The notes: a model not told the origin generated them from the sequence alone. A stretch of 64,000 bases of DNA from the human T2T-CHM13v2.0 reference genome, Homo sapiens (GCF_009914755.1 NC_060931.1); one strand, 5' to 3'. Shown: positions 43,880 through 57,566, numbered from the stretch's first letter. A program made the numbers and translations.

Positions 43880-44720
43880 GACAAAAAAGTTGTGCAGACA
43901 GGTGGTAAGGACTGTGCAAGATGTGACAGCCTACACTACAATGGCAAAGTACATGTGTCCCAAATTAAAATTGGAGGAATGGAATGCCAGGAGTGACAGA
44001 ACCAAAGCAGTCAATCATGATGGAAGCATTTGAACTTAGATGACTGAGGGTGAATGGTGCCTCCAAAAATACACAGGGAAAGCAAGAAGAGCTGACCTTG
44101 TAGAGAATATGCTAATGTTCGCAGGACAAGTTGAATTTTTAAGGTACAGGTAGGTCATGTAGCAGGGTTGTCAGGCAACTAAATTGAAACCTGAAGGGGA
44201 ATGTTGAGACCGGGATTGGAGATGCAGGTGTCAATGGTATAAATGTGATAACTTTGTGAAGCCAGGTGAGACTACCTAAAGAACAGGATGCAGCAAAGAG
44301 GTCCAAGGAGACAATCTATATTTAGAAGGTAGGAGAAAGTTTGGAGCCAGCACATACAGCAGAAAAACAAGGTCAGAGATATGGGAGGAGAACAAAGCTG
44401 TACCGTGTTTCGGAAACCAAAAGTGAAAGATGTTTCAAAATGGAGTGATCAGTGAAGTCAGGCCCTGAAGGAAAATGATGGGGTATGGGTGTTAGGACTA
44501 TGAGCCAACCTGTTGGCCTAGTCATTTAGAAGGTTAGAGACCTTAAGATGAACTGTTCCCCTAGAATGGTGAGGGCAGACGCTAGGCTGCAAGCCTAAGA
44601 AATTAATAGCTGTGGAATTAGTAGCTGTGGATATAGATATACTCTGTAAGAAGTTTGGCACTGAATGAAATACAGAGTGATGGTTGGAGTAAGTCAAGCA
44701 AAGCATGTCAGGAAGTATCC
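43880..44720 (-). mobile_element. L2 fragment
   Basis: Purine-rich L2-type motifs (gacaagttgaattt, ggaaaccaaaagtgaaagatgtttcaa). Confidence 0.6.
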
Positions 44721-45517
44721 AACTTAACATAGACCTTTATATCCTAGTGTATACATGTAATAAATTTAAAGGGTAGGGAGGATTATTCTGAAGATAAATT
44801 TATTCCCCAGACCTTGCTGAAGTACTATCACAATAGTGTGCAGAATGGAACGTTTCTGGCATATTCTTCTAAGCAGAAACAGAAGTTTTTTTCATGTGTC
44901 TATACCTTTAAGCCTTTAATTATGAAAATCACTTTATTTTGTTCATATTCTCATTTGATTTTCTATTGTTTACATGAATTGAAATGTGTTCAAATGTTTA
45001 AGATTTAGGATGAATAACAGCTCAATGGTAATGACTTATAAACCCAACATAACAGTTTATAGTTAGCTTCTTAGTCAACATGTATTAAAGGTCATTGTTC
45101 CTTAGCCTTGCCCCAAAGTAGTAAGGGAAGTAGTACATTTTAATTAGTATAAGACAAAGACAAATAAATTATATTGCTTTGATAGTCTGAAGTTTTGTTA
45201 GTAACCATTTAATGTTTTAAATTATTCACAATTTATAATACCTTGCAGTTTTTTAAGGGAAAAAAATGAAACTAACAATGATTGCACTGTGTTCTGTGAT
45301 ACACACTGGGATCTAAAATTTCACATTTAAAGTATAAAACTGATTTACTGTTATGTTTTTCTTTTTATTGTATGACTTTCACAAAGTACACATCATTTGA
45401 CTATTCTCTCAGTGAATGAGATTGCTTGGATTTTCAGAATCTTGGAATAGTATCACATGGTGGTCCCAAAGACCAGATGATAGGTAGCTTTCTTCCTGAC
45501 AAATTCCCAACACTTGG

Positions 45518-45672
45518 GCAAACTGCAAGAGATGTGTGTGATGATTCTTAAAGTGACTCATTATATTTTCATGTGAGTAGATTATCGCACTGCAGGAGAG
45601 ACAAGTGTTTTCAGCTGATGGCCTATTTTACCTTTTTCCTATGTTTTAAAAGGTAACACACAAATGGATTCC
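45518..45672 (+). repeat. Copy 1 of a diverged ~150-bp direct repeat
   Basis: Shares gtgtgatgattcttaaa, actgcaggaga, ttcagctga and taaaaggt in colinear order with 46424-46561. Confidence 0.8.
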
Positions 45673-46423
45673 GAAGATTTTAGAAATATATTTTTTCTTG
45701 GAAAATATCAACAATGAAATAAAAATAGACTTTTAATGTGGTAGCTAATTTGATTTTCTTTAAAAAAATTCTGAGGCTCTTAGTTTTTCTGCATTATCCT
45801 TTGAAGCCAATGGGACAATAATATCCTGAAATAATTATTTTAATACATCATGGAATTCATGACAAAATCTAGAATTACGTGATACATTATCTGTACACTC
45901 TTGTCTCCAGGGTTCTCTCAGTGGGTCACACCTTGGCACACACTTTCTGTTCTTCTTTCATATACTATTATTAGCCCGAGATTTTCATGCTCCATCAATT
46001 TTTCTTTGCTACACAATGGAGAAGAGAAGAGAGAACAGGAAGAGACTTAAATGCACCCTTTATGACAGGAACAGAACATGATTTTTAGATGATCTACCTA
46101 TAGGCTTTAAAATTAATACCTCACCTCCAATACTTCCAGCGTAGCCTGAGACATGGAAGGTGGTTACTTTTAAAACTAAAAGTAATGTTCTTAGTTACTT
46201 TTAGGACTAATGTGATGATTAGCTGGGACATGTCTTAGCATTCTCTGACAGGATCGGATCAGGGTGGTCAGCCAGGGTTGAAACTGTGACTGTATGACAT
46301 TTGATTTGGGCTTCATTTCATCTCTAAATGGACTTGAGGCTTTTTCACAAAATAATATTTTAAACTATAATTTTTCCATCATGTTCAAGAAATAGTCAAC
46401 AGTAAGGGTTCTACTGTACTCAA

Positions 46424-46561
46424 GGAAACTGTATGAGATGAAGTGTGATGATTCTTAAATGGATTTATTGTGTTTTTGTGTGAGAGATGATCATACTGCA
46501 GGAGAAACAATGGTGTTCAGCTGAGCTTGTTTTATATATTTGTAAAAGGTGAATGGTTTCC
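46424..46561 (+). repeat. Copy 2 of a diverged ~150-bp direct repeat
   Basis: Offset ~906 bp from copy 1; the flanks are unrelated. Confidence 0.8.
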
Positions 46562-47754
46562 CCAGTTTGCTTGACATGCAAGTATATTCTTCAGACAGTC
46601 TGTAAGGTTTACAAGCATTTCACTCACCATCTAAGAATAAAGAATATTCCACGCAGAGGGAACAATACAAAAAATACCCTGTAACTTGAAGTTTCCAGTA
46701 GCTAAAATTTTGAAATATTTACTTATCAGTTGGTAAAGAATGACTGTCCCCAGGAAAATTAAATCATATTAGAATCTCAATTGTTTTTTGGATGGAATTA
46801 AAGATATTTGTTTGAAATACATTTCTCAAAAAATATTGCTGTGATCTGTACATAAATACGTTATTGATTTTTAAAGATGTTTAAAAAATTTATATGTCAG
46901 CAAGATACCATAAAAATTCCTCTTTAATTTTCTAAGAGATGGTCATCATTTCTTAACCAAAATATCACCTTGACTAATATTAAAAGTTTGCAAATATTGT
47001 TGTTTGCATGAATAGATTTCTAACATTTTAGTCAACCTTTAGTAAAATTGTTAAAACCTATATCATCCATAAGTATGAGAAAGGTTCAATTATTAAGTTC
47101 CTTTTACAAATAAGAAAAATAAAACAACACAGAGTGGTTGAGTGACTTTCCACAGGTCACACACCTAGTTCCTGGCAAGGCTGGCATATTATTGTCAGAT
47201 AACTCTAAATCAAGGAATATTAGATGCATATTAATTGGGCATATTGTAGTCTTACAACTTTTAATATGGTTCTGAGTTAGATATTCTTAGAGGAAACTAG
47301 TACCTGGAAATTTAAAAGTCACGTTTATTCCAAAATGAACCTGGGAAACTAGGGGGACATTTGTGTCTATATCAGCTGTCACACAAGCTTACTTCCCTCA
47401 TAAAACTTTTTGTGCCCCAAACCCTTCTAACATGTTGCATATTTCTGTTATTTTAGACAATAAGAATCAATAAAAACCACTATAAAAGCTATGGTAACAT
47501 TAGAATATGTCAGCCCGTGCTAAATACTTCAATTCGATGAGAGCTTTTTTTTTTTTTTTTTTAGTTTTAATGATGTTACATTTCCAGAAAAAAATACATA
47601 TAAAATTCATAGAAATTGTGCCAGAAGAGTTAGTAGACCATGTTAAGGTATTTTTTACTGCATTAAAAACAGACTAGCTCTTAGCAAAATTAAAGAAGTT
47701 CACTTAATAGAGACAGTAACTGGTAATAGTAGGAGTGATGTGGCATTTCAGCAA

Positions 47755-47900
47755 CCTGCCTGCCTGCCTTCCTTCCTTTCATTCCTTCCCTTCCTTCCTT
47801 CTTTTCTTCCCTTTCTTTCTTTATTTCTTCCTTTCTTTCCTCCTTCTTTGCCTCCCTCTCTTCCTCCCTCCCTTTTTCTCTCCCTCCTATCCCCTTTTCA
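47755..47900. repeat. CT-rich low-complexity tract ((CCTG)n/(CCTT)n)
   Basis: Polypyrimidine run seen directly. Confidence 0.9.
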
Positions 47901-48019
47901 TTTCTCCTTGTTATTATTTGTTCTGTAGTTATTGAATGTCATTATGTTTCTAAGGCTGAGACTTCTATTTTAACTGATGTTCAGTGTAGCTTGAAATGAC
48001 ATGCCACAGAGGAATAATG

Positions 48020-48250
48020 CTGGTCAGATTGTAAGTTCTATAGTCAGCTACCCAGTCTGGGTTTAGATTCTAGTCCTCCGCTTGCTATTGGGATTACTTT
48101 GGGCAAGTTGCTTACCTTGTCTCTGTGATGGAGATCATACTGCCTACTTCACTGTGTCATTGCGAACATTAATTAGATAAGACAAGCTTCTATGTAGCTT
48201 GAGGACCACTGTGCCTGGTACATGGAAGGTGTCTGAAATATTAGTTTCCT
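48020..48250 (+). mobile_element. MIR
   Basis: tctgggtttagattctagt...tttgggcaagttgcttacc...ctgtgcctggtacat. Confidence 0.7.
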
Positions 48251-49246
48251 CCTTTTTTTCCTCACTCCCCTTTATGCTAGCATTTTTTTCTTCAAAAACT
48301 TATTCCTATTTATTATCCTGAGTTCCTATCTTTGTCTTTTCAAAGAAAAAAAAAACTCAGTTTTGTTTACAAAGCCTTGCAAAAATGTATGAATCATCCA
48401 AGAAACTGCAGTTATTAATAGTTAGATAATTCATAGTAATTATGTGCTGTAGAACCTACAAGCTTTCCCCAAGTGCTGAGTGCTTATCTAAACTCTTTGA
48501 GCCTAGAAATCATTGGGCTTATGACAACCCAATGGGCTTTATCCCTGAAGATGTAAAGCTTCCACTCAGTTTAGAAATCCTTTTTCACAACTGTCACCAG
48601 GAAATAAAATGACATATGGCAATAAAAATTCAAATTTTAAGTAATATTTGCTTCAAAGTTTTCAAAACATTTGAAATCTAGAGTTGGTGACAGTTGTCAG
48701 CCAAGAGATATTTGTTTAATATTAACTTGAACATAGGTTTGAGAATATAAAGGACCCTTGACCTCAAGGGTATCCCAAAGAAAGAGAGGAGGACAGTATA
48801 TGCTCTCAGAAATTCCAGATGTCCACAGAGTATTTTAGATGACTGACAGTCTTCTGTAAATTCCTTAAGGTACAGATTTTGTTTCCATGTTCTCTCACAG
48901 ATCTAATAGACCAGGTAATAAGCAGTGGGTAAGTGGATGAATAGCTATAGCAAACTGTTCAAATAAATGTTTAGATTATGTGAAATACCTCAGATGTTAG
49001 TGGGGACTGGATATGAATAGAAGAACATAATGATATTAGTTTTCTATGTATTTTAATTTTCAGGATTTCAATTTTGCTTTCAATGCTGGTTTATAATATA
49101 AACTGAGAATAAAGCACAGAATTAGTTTAAGTTCTGGTAACTGGAAAAGTATTAGACTGTTGATGATTAAAGATTCATACAATTCACTTGGGGGTAGAGA
49201 ACGACTGTTTTCCATACTTCTTTAAAAATTATTTCTTCACTTTGCA

Positions 49247-49500
49247 AGGCTGAGGCGGGCAGATTACTTCAGGCCAGGAATTCAAGACCAGCCTGGCCAA
49301 CATAGTGAAACCCTGTTTCTACTGAAAATACAAAAATTAGCCAGTCATGGTGGCACATGCCTGTAATCCCAGCTACTCAGGAGGCTGAGGCAGGAGAATT
49401 GCTTGAACCCAGGGGACGGAGGTTGCAGTGAGCCAATATTCGCGCCACTGCACTGCAGCCTGGGTGACAGAGCGAGACTCTGTCTCAAAAAAAAAAAAAA
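49247..49500 (+). mobile_element. 5'-truncated AluS
   Basis: Begins at aggctgaggcgggc and lacks the first ~40 nt; A tail. Confidence 0.92.
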
Positions 49501-52353
49501 TGTATTTTGTGTGATTCTTTTCTTTCAAAAGGAAGGAAGCAGAACCACAGTTGTATTTTTTAAGTGGATGTGGGAGTTTTGATTTAGCCATTTTTTTCTA
49601 CTATTTAAGTGATTCCTCTAATAAAAAGGGGAAAAGAGTGTCTTAAGTTGCTGAAAAATCTGAGGGCAAACCAACAGTTTTTGTGAACAGTTACAAGAGT
49701 AATGTAGTTGAGATTTTTGTTTCATTTCAGATAAATGAGAAATAAAACATATTGCTACTTTAATTTAACCCTAAAGCTGCTTTTAATTATTTCTGAGTTT
49801 CACCACACCTATCAAAAGCCATGTAGTGTTTAATCTTTCTTGCTAAACTTTAGAAGGAACCCATTTTTCCTCTTAAGAAATTTTGCATTTTATTTCCTAC
49901 AGAAAACTAGTGAGTGAGTTTTCTATTTCTTCCAACTTTAACAATATTAAAGATAATTCTGACTATTTTCTGAGTTATACTCTGTGTACACTTAACAATT
50001 GCCTTAATCAAATTCTGGCAATAAAAATAGAGTAAGAACTGGAGGTGAGTGAACAAAAAAAATCATTGTAAAATAGATGCAGAAGTGTGCTTAGTTCTCA
50101 CTGATGGAAAATTAATGAGAAAATAGTAGAATAAATAGGTTACTTTTGCTCTTTAAAACAATTGAGTGTCTTTAACAAGGTAAATTTGATCAAACCTAGA
50201 GAAGGGAACAATATTCAATATTGGATTGACTATATACTTGAAAGCATAAAAATAATTGTTGCTATGTCTGGAACCATTTAATTCCTATGGTTAAATGAAG
50301 AGTGAAGCAGACACAGTGATTTCTTTATGAAGAGACTAACCTCACTCTTTTCTATGGTTAAAATCACACACCAGCTTTCAGCAAAACCTTTCAGACATGG
50401 ATGCTGTTTATCAGAAATGATCTCACAATGGGAGCAAGCAGATGTATGGCTCAGTACTATCCTATCACCACTCCTGAGACCCAAAGCAGAATCAAATTCT
50501 CCAGGTTAATAGCATCAGTTCTGTGTGTGAAGAACAGTAGAAGGTTCCTGGAAATTTTTAAGTGGCACAGACAAATATAAATATTCACTAGACTGAAATT
50601 ATAGCAAATGATGTATCTCTATACAGAGATGGCAAAAGATGCAATAAACAGTCCACTCACTTATTCTTTAGTAAATATACCTATATATTTCATAAATGAC
50701 TATGACAAATAGCATAGAAAGACATGCATTGTAGAATTATTTCAAAGTATCTATTTTTACCCCAAACAAGTTTACATTTTAATTCTAAAATCTCTATTAA
50801 ATCACAGGAGATAGGATAAATAAATGCACAATATACAAAACTTGATGCCTATAAGGCATCAAAAATTGTTGTTTTATTAGTAATAATTAAGGACATAATT
50901 TTAAGCTGTGGAATCAATAAGTAATTCTGGAGGTTTTAGTATAAAGTGGATGGAGAAAGACAATGTTCAACATGACTGCTTTCTGCCTTCATTCCCCATC
51001 TCTACAAAGCACTATAATTCGGGAATGCAAAACTCAGCAAGCAACTACACTCCGTGAACGTAGGCAAACTTTGCATCTACTGGGGGTTCTTAGGAATGAA
51101 TTGCTACTGCAGATATGAGTCCAGTGATCACAGTTTCCTGATGGATTTTTAGATGCACAGCATGCTGCTGCTAACTGCGATTCTCTGCTTAAACAATCCA
51201 TAAGTCTCATTCCAGTGAGAAGAAAGGAAGCAACGTGCTGGGAAGATTTCAGTGGTCAGGTTGTAATCTGACATGGGCATTTTAAATGTTTTGCAAACAA
51301 CTGATTAGTCATATATCGTGTTTTAAAGTATTGAGAGTTACATCCAACAAACTGGATATAACACTATTATAATAATTTTTTTCCACTGGCTATTCTTGCA
51401 TAAAGACATTTTAAAAATGGACTAAGAAAAAAGGTATTTAGTTTTATCTGCTTTAATTTGCTTCTCTTCCCAAAACTATTCTGTATCCAAGACCTTGTTA
51501 TTCATACTTTTGAGCAGATAGGGAGACAAATTTGCAAATCTTGTCCATACTTTTATCACAGCCCTTTATTCCTTCTCTGTCTTTGGTAAAATATGTTTCA
51601 AATTTTACTTCAATACTTGCAAATTACCTAAACATTGTATGCATGGGAATTTATAGAAAGCTGCTTTCTCCATAACTTTAAAATTTTATTAAATAATATT
51701 TGAATGTTGTGTGTGGGACACTAGCACTTATCTGTTATTATAAAATGAGTCCTCATAGCTCTATTTGAAATTCCAGATATTTTATGCATCTATGAAAAAG
51801 CTGTCCTTGGGCCAATATAATTTTTTAATTTCCTGGTGCCTAGAAAGCTGAACACCAGCATGATACATATTCCTTACAAGATTTCCAACATATAGGGCAC
51901 TATACACACATCTACCAAGATTATCAAAATCAAATATCAAATGTTATAGATACCTGCAGTTTATTGAAGAAAGTCTTTTGTGAGACCCTAAAAAATAAAA
52001 AAATTATGCATCCTGTAAATTTGCTTTAAATATTTTTATCTTAAAATTATCTTACATGCTTAGCAGTCTAGTGGTTCTGGTTTCATCAAGCAATCAATAG
52101 CTGGATTTCTTACCCAATATTTCAAGTTGGTTAAATTTATCTTGTCTTTTCTAGAGGAGAAAAAAAATTCTTGACCCAGTTTCTCAAGAGGGTCAAAATC
52201 CAGGATATTTGTTTAAACATATATCCATTGTGCTGGGTCATCGTACTTCAGAAGAGTCTGCACATTAGTGTGGTCTACTCTGATACTTCCTGCTTCCCTG
52301 CAGCATAGGCTATAAACTGGCCAAACCTGGGCCTGCCCCTGGGCTCTGGAGCA

Positions 52354-52900
52354 CATTCATTCATTCATTCTAGATGCAATTTTCTGGGGTACAGTGGGTA
52401 CCCACAAGAATATAAAGGCCATCAAAGTAGACATGATTTTTCTCTCCTGCTCTTGTGGAGTTTATAATATATTTTATGATCTAGACATTAAATAAGGATC
52501 CAAAATAATATAATAATTACAGATTATGCTAAGTGCTGTAAATGAAAAGAGCAGGCTGCTATAATGGACAATGGTAAGGAGCCCAGTAGGTCGGTAGGAT
52601 TGTCAGAGGACATCTCACTGCGAAGGGTGTATTTCAACCAAGAGGAAGCCAGTTTTGAGAAAGGCTGCAGTAAGAAAATCCCAAGTATAGAAAACTGCTG
52701 TTTCAAAGGTTTGTGGCAAGAAAGAGCTTAGCACTTTTGAAAACAAAAACAAAAACAAAACAGAAAGACCAGTGTGGTAAGCGTGGTTGAATAAGGGAGA
52801 GGGTGATATATGAAGAGGATGGACAGGTAGATGGGGATAGATCACATGTGCTTTGTAGGTGATGGCAGGAGTGTTAGGTTTTGTGTTCATTGGATCTAAG
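52354..52900 (-). mobile_element. L2 3' region
   Basis: (CATT)n terminus followed by a typical antisense L2 body. Confidence 0.7.
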
Positions 52901-53239
52901 GGCACCTCAGCCTCATAATCTCCAAAATTAAACTTGTGATCTTGTCTGCATCAAGCAGTTTAGCCAAGAGCAGTAAACACACAAGAGCAGTAAACACTCT
53001 AGGTCTTTCAAACAGCTTTAATTTAACAGAGTAAATTACTTGCAGGTTATAGAAGAGTTGAGAAGCAAAACAAAGTATAGTTTTGCAACCCAGAATTATA
53101 AAATCTCTACTAACCAGCAGGGACAAAGAGATGAGCTGGCTTTTCAGGCCCTATTGCCCACTCACCCCATTTTACAATGTGGCCATAAAGTTGGAAAACA
53201 TAGACTTTATTTTATTTTACAGATGATGCAACTAGACAT

Positions 53240-53605
53240 TATGTGCCTCTTGATATGATGCAATGAGGAAGTTCACAGGACTTCCTAAATAAATGTAATG
53301 TTCATGTTTTGTTAGGCTCATGATTCAAACAAACCAACTGTTTAAAAACATAAACAATAAGAGTAATTTAAACACTGGATACTTGCTTCTATTAAGTAAC
53401 TATTAATTTTTTCTAAATTTGATTGGTATTTTAGTTATATAAAATAGTGTTTGTCTTTTAGAAATATATATCGAAGCATTTATAGGTGAAATGATACAAT
53501 ATCTGGTAATGACTTTACAATAACCCAGTGAGAAGAAATCAGGGAGTAGAAGTTTAGATAAAATACGATTGACCATATGTTGATAATTGTTGAATATGGA
53601 TGTTC
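53240..53605 (+). mobile_element. Old L1ME-like 3'UTR fragment
   Basis: aagcatttataggtgaaatgatacaatatctgg...atgttgataattgttgaa. Confidence 0.55.
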
Positions 53606-53616
53606 AATCCAAATTT

Positions 53617-53825
53617 ATTATTTTTTTATTCTATGGGTACATAGTAGGTATATATACATATATGGAGTACATGAGATGTTTTGATATAGCCATGCAATGT
53701 GAAATAAGCACATGATAGAGAATGGGGTATCTGTCCCTTCAAGCATTTATCCTTTGCATCACAAACAACAAAATTACACTCTTTATTTTAAAATGTACAA
53801 TTCAGTTATGGTTTATTGTAGTCAG
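53617..53825 (-). mobile_element. L1MA 3'-terminal fragment nested in the older L1
   Basis: gggtacatagtagg...gtacatgagatgttttgat; degenerate TSD aatccaaattta / aatctaaattta. Confidence 0.8.
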
Positions 53826-54576
53826 TTAATCTAAATTTAATCTTGTTTTGTTTGAACTTTTCTACAAATAAAACATTAAAAATAAATACATTTGTAGGAA
53901 TGAATGACACATCCTAGAGAGAGATTGTGAGGAGAAAAACTAAAAGATTCCAAAACTGAGCCTTGAGGATCATAACATTTAGAGATGGGGAAAGGGGAGA
54001 ATCAGAAAAGGAAACTTAAATGGAGGGGTAAGGACAAAGAGAGAAAATCAGGAGAGTGTGGCATGGCAAAGCCAAGAAGGAATGGGAGTAGTGGTAAAAT
54101 ATGGGAATGTAGCTGAGAAATAGAGTTAAGATGGGGACAGAAAAATCCTTCTCATCTCAAGTGTGATTGAGGCTCAGATACGCCATTATGTCATTGGCAA
54201 GAAGGTGTAGAGAGAAGAGAAGACTAGGATCTAAGCTTGGGTGAGGGAGGTAATGCTCCTTGCACATGAGTATTAGACTCTGCCAGGTTTACTACTAAAG
54301 AAAATTGAGGCAAAGCCTGGGCAACAGTAACCTTGCTTCCCATTTGTCGTCATCCTTTGTCTGATTATCTCAGAAGCTGCTAACTAGCAGAGTAGTGACT
54401 ATGCCTTATAGCAGGATCTGGGCATTTCTGGGTCCTTCAGACATATTATCACATAATGGTGTTCCATTCTACCTTTACTTCCGACATTTTCCTTGCTCCA
54501 AGATAGCTTTCTTCATTTATGAAGATGAAGGATACTTTGAAGCCAGTATGAAAAAGTCCTGTAAAATCAATGAAGG

Positions 54577-54952
54577 TGTATTAATCCATTCTCACACTGC
54601 TATAAAGAACTACCTGAAACTGGGTAATCTATGAAAAAAAGAGGTTTAATTGACTGACAGTTCTGCAGGCTGTACAGGAAACACGGCTGGAAAGCCTAAA
54701 CGTAGTTACAATCATGGCAGAAGGAGAAGGGAAAGCAAGCACATCTTCACATGGCAACAGGAGAGAGAAAGAGTGAAGGAGGAAGTGCCACACATCAGTT
54801 CTCATGAGAACCCACTATCATGAGAACAGCAAGGGGGAAATCCACCCCCATGATACACTCCTCTCCCACCAGGTCACCAGGTCCCTCCCCCAACACTGGG
54901 TATTACAATTCAACATGAGATTTGGGTGGGGGGACAGAGCCAAACTGTAACA
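54577..54952 (-). mobile_element. MSTA MaLR solo LTR
   Basis: TG...CA ends, perfect 5-bp TSD gaagg, and attctcacactgctataaagaactacctga. Confidence 0.92.
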
Positions 54953-55103
54953 GAAGGTTTGTTAAAAAAATTAATTTAACCATGATGCCTCTCAATTTAT
55001 GAAAAATAATGAGTTTGCCCATAGGTGATTTTTAAAGTCACCACAATTTTTGGAAAAGAAATGAAAGTGTTCTAGCCATATTCTTATTTTACTTTCTTAT
55101 GAG

Positions 55104-55107
<4 letters not shown>

Positions 55108-55139
<32 letters not shown>
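55108..55139. repeat. (TA)n microsatellite
   Basis: Seen directly. Confidence 0.95.
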
Positions 55140-55143
<4 letters not shown>

Positions 55144-55204
55144 GTATTTATTGCCTATTTTATCATCTTAACTCTGCATCCATTTAGGAAATAGATGCAA
55201 AGAT

Positions 55205-55850
55205 TTATTTATTCATTTGACAGATATAAATACTTGCAACAAGTATTTCCTGAGTGCCTACTGAGCATCAGGTACTATTATAGACACCAGGCAACAACAG
55301 TGAACAAGAACTAGGCAGCAAACAAAAAGAGACAAAAATCTCTGCTTTTGTGAAATTTACATTAGGGTTGAAGAAACAGTTAAAGAATTTTAACAAGTAA
55401 ATATATAATAGGCCACATAATGATAAGTGCTCTGAAGAAAAATTAAACAAGATAAAAAGTCAGAGAATGAGAAGGGACACTATTGTAATAGTGATGAGAG
55501 AAGCCCATTTGATGAGGTGACATTTGTGCAGAGACCTGAATGAAGTGAGAAGAGAAGCCTTTCAGCTATCTGGTACAGGCACATCCTAAGCAGAACAACA
55601 GTGAGTGCAAAAGCCCTGGGGTGTGCACATGCTGGTGATTTGAGAAACAGTGAGTAGAGCGGGGAGGTTGCAGTGAGCCGAGATCGCGCCACTGTACTCC
55701 AGCCTAGGTGACAGAGCGAGACTCTGTATCAAAAAAAAAAAAAAAAAAAAAAGACTAGATTTTATTGGACAGGGGTCAGGAGGACAGGGTGATTTTGAGA
55801 ACAGGCATGGCATAATCCGATTTAGTTTTTAAAAAGATATGTCTGAATAT
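55205..55850 (-). mobile_element. L2a 3' region interrupted by an Alu fragment
   Basis: caacaagtatttcctgagtgcctact...gaggtgacatttgtgcagagacctgaatga. Confidence 0.78.
55659..55752 (+). mobile_element. Heavily 5'-truncated Alu (last ~70 nt plus A22)
   Basis: ggaggttgcagtgagccgagatcgcgccactg...; CpGs retained. Confidence 0.9.
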
Positions 55851-57566
55851 TTTAAGGTGGATAAGACCAAGATTTTCTCACTTCCAGACCTGTGTGTTCC
55901 AGACATTAAACTGCCCCTAATCCCAAATATTATTTTCAGGAACTAATTTCAATTCTAACTTTAGTAAAATTAGAGAGGCAATGTTTTCCTAGACTCAGGA
56001 AAACTAGAAAATAAAGAAAGAAATAATTTTTAAGAAAATACTTTTATTTTATCTACTTTTATTTTCCAGTATCAGAGAAATATATTCCTTTTTTGACCGT
56101 CAAAAACTTCTCTTTCAAATAATACAGTCTCTCAAACTGAAGAAATGAAAGCAGCTCTGGATTATTCTACCACATTTAGCAAACACATAAAATCTGAAAC
56201 CTGAATGTGATGACAGGATTTTATTAAATCCTAGTGAAGTCATCTAAGTTAAGTTACAAATTATTTTACAAAAGTCGCACGCATACAAATCAGATTTTCC
56301 CCATCCCAGAGTCAGTGCTGAGTTTTAAAGCCTGTCTGGCCAGTCTTGGCTGTTATAGTATTGTTCCTTTAGCCTATAAATGCCAAGGTTACTGGGAGGT
56401 AAAGGCCATGTGGTTATAGCAAAATAGAGAATTAATGGAATGAGGAAAATGTTCCAAAATATTAGAGGATAGGTGCTTGGGGGAAAAAAGTAAAAGAACT
56501 GTTTGATTCATGCTTTTTGCCACCTTTTAGAATATAAACCGCAATCCAAACTCTTCGAAAAACACCGAGCATAGAAAAGGGCAACGTTTTTAGAGTTTAA
56601 CAAATAGTTTGCAGATTTATAGGGAAATTCATGCCCTGGTGAGCAAAGGATACCATAAGCCTACACCCTGCAGTCTGCAATTAAGCATATTAGAGGAGGC
56701 TTCTTGGAGGAAGTGACATATGAGATGATTTCGAAGGACCAGTACAAGACAGGCTGAGGAGAAGAATATTATTTTTGCTAGGGAGGCCTTTGAATTGAAA
56801 CTTGGGGTTCTTTCTATGGCTGTTGAAATAAGAATACAACAACACAATTATGTACAATCTGCGTTCATTTTTTATTCTCTCCATCAGTTCTCCAGATCCT
56901 TCTGGGGTGGTGGAATGCCTGTGGCTTTCAGACTAGTGTGGCAAAACGGAAAAGTTCTAATTCACTCAAATTTGGGTGGTTATTGGTTGCATGCCTCTGT
57001 GGTTCTTTTTCATAGTTTTGGGTCCAGAACTCTGAGAAGTATATCAGTTTCAGACCTTGATCAAAATGTATTTTTAATTGGCGAGCTCATCACAGAAATT
57101 GAGAAAGATGGTAGAAAGAAAAAAAGGAAATGCTATTATTTGAACAATTCAGTTTTTGAACTTTCCTTCAACGTTATTTCCCTGGCTTACCAACAAACTG
57201 GCACTACAGTTAGGTCCACAATAAATATTTCATTTTAATCAAAGTGTTGTTTGATCTCTTGTCTAGGTGGCAGGAAACCAAAACACTTCCTTGATGATAA
57301 GTGATATAAATAGGCCTTAAAAATACATTGAAAATATCTTGTGCAGTGATCCCATTTCTGGCATTATGAGTAAATTAGAGACCCAGAAGCAGAAAGTAAT
57401 GAAATTGGAGAGGGGAAATCTGTGAAGCTTTGCCATTATATTTGAATCTGCAACTATTAACTACCATGTCCACTGGCCATTTCCTAAGTATAATTGGCTC
57501 TTTCTTGGGTCATCTTATTCTTTCACCATTTCCCCTCATCCTTTCCTACAAGTCATGTATGCATAT

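Noticed and set aside
46212-46248. Third GTGATGA...CTGA pair between the two repeat copies
   Set aside because: It spans only 37 nt and lacks the other shared blocks; likely chance.
47735-47935. Hydrophobic ORFs resembling membrane peptides
   Set aside because: Artefact of the CT-rich low-complexity tract.
56795-57238. Longest ORF (147 aa)
   Set aside because: Non-ATG start, no recognisable domain and no supporting splice structure.
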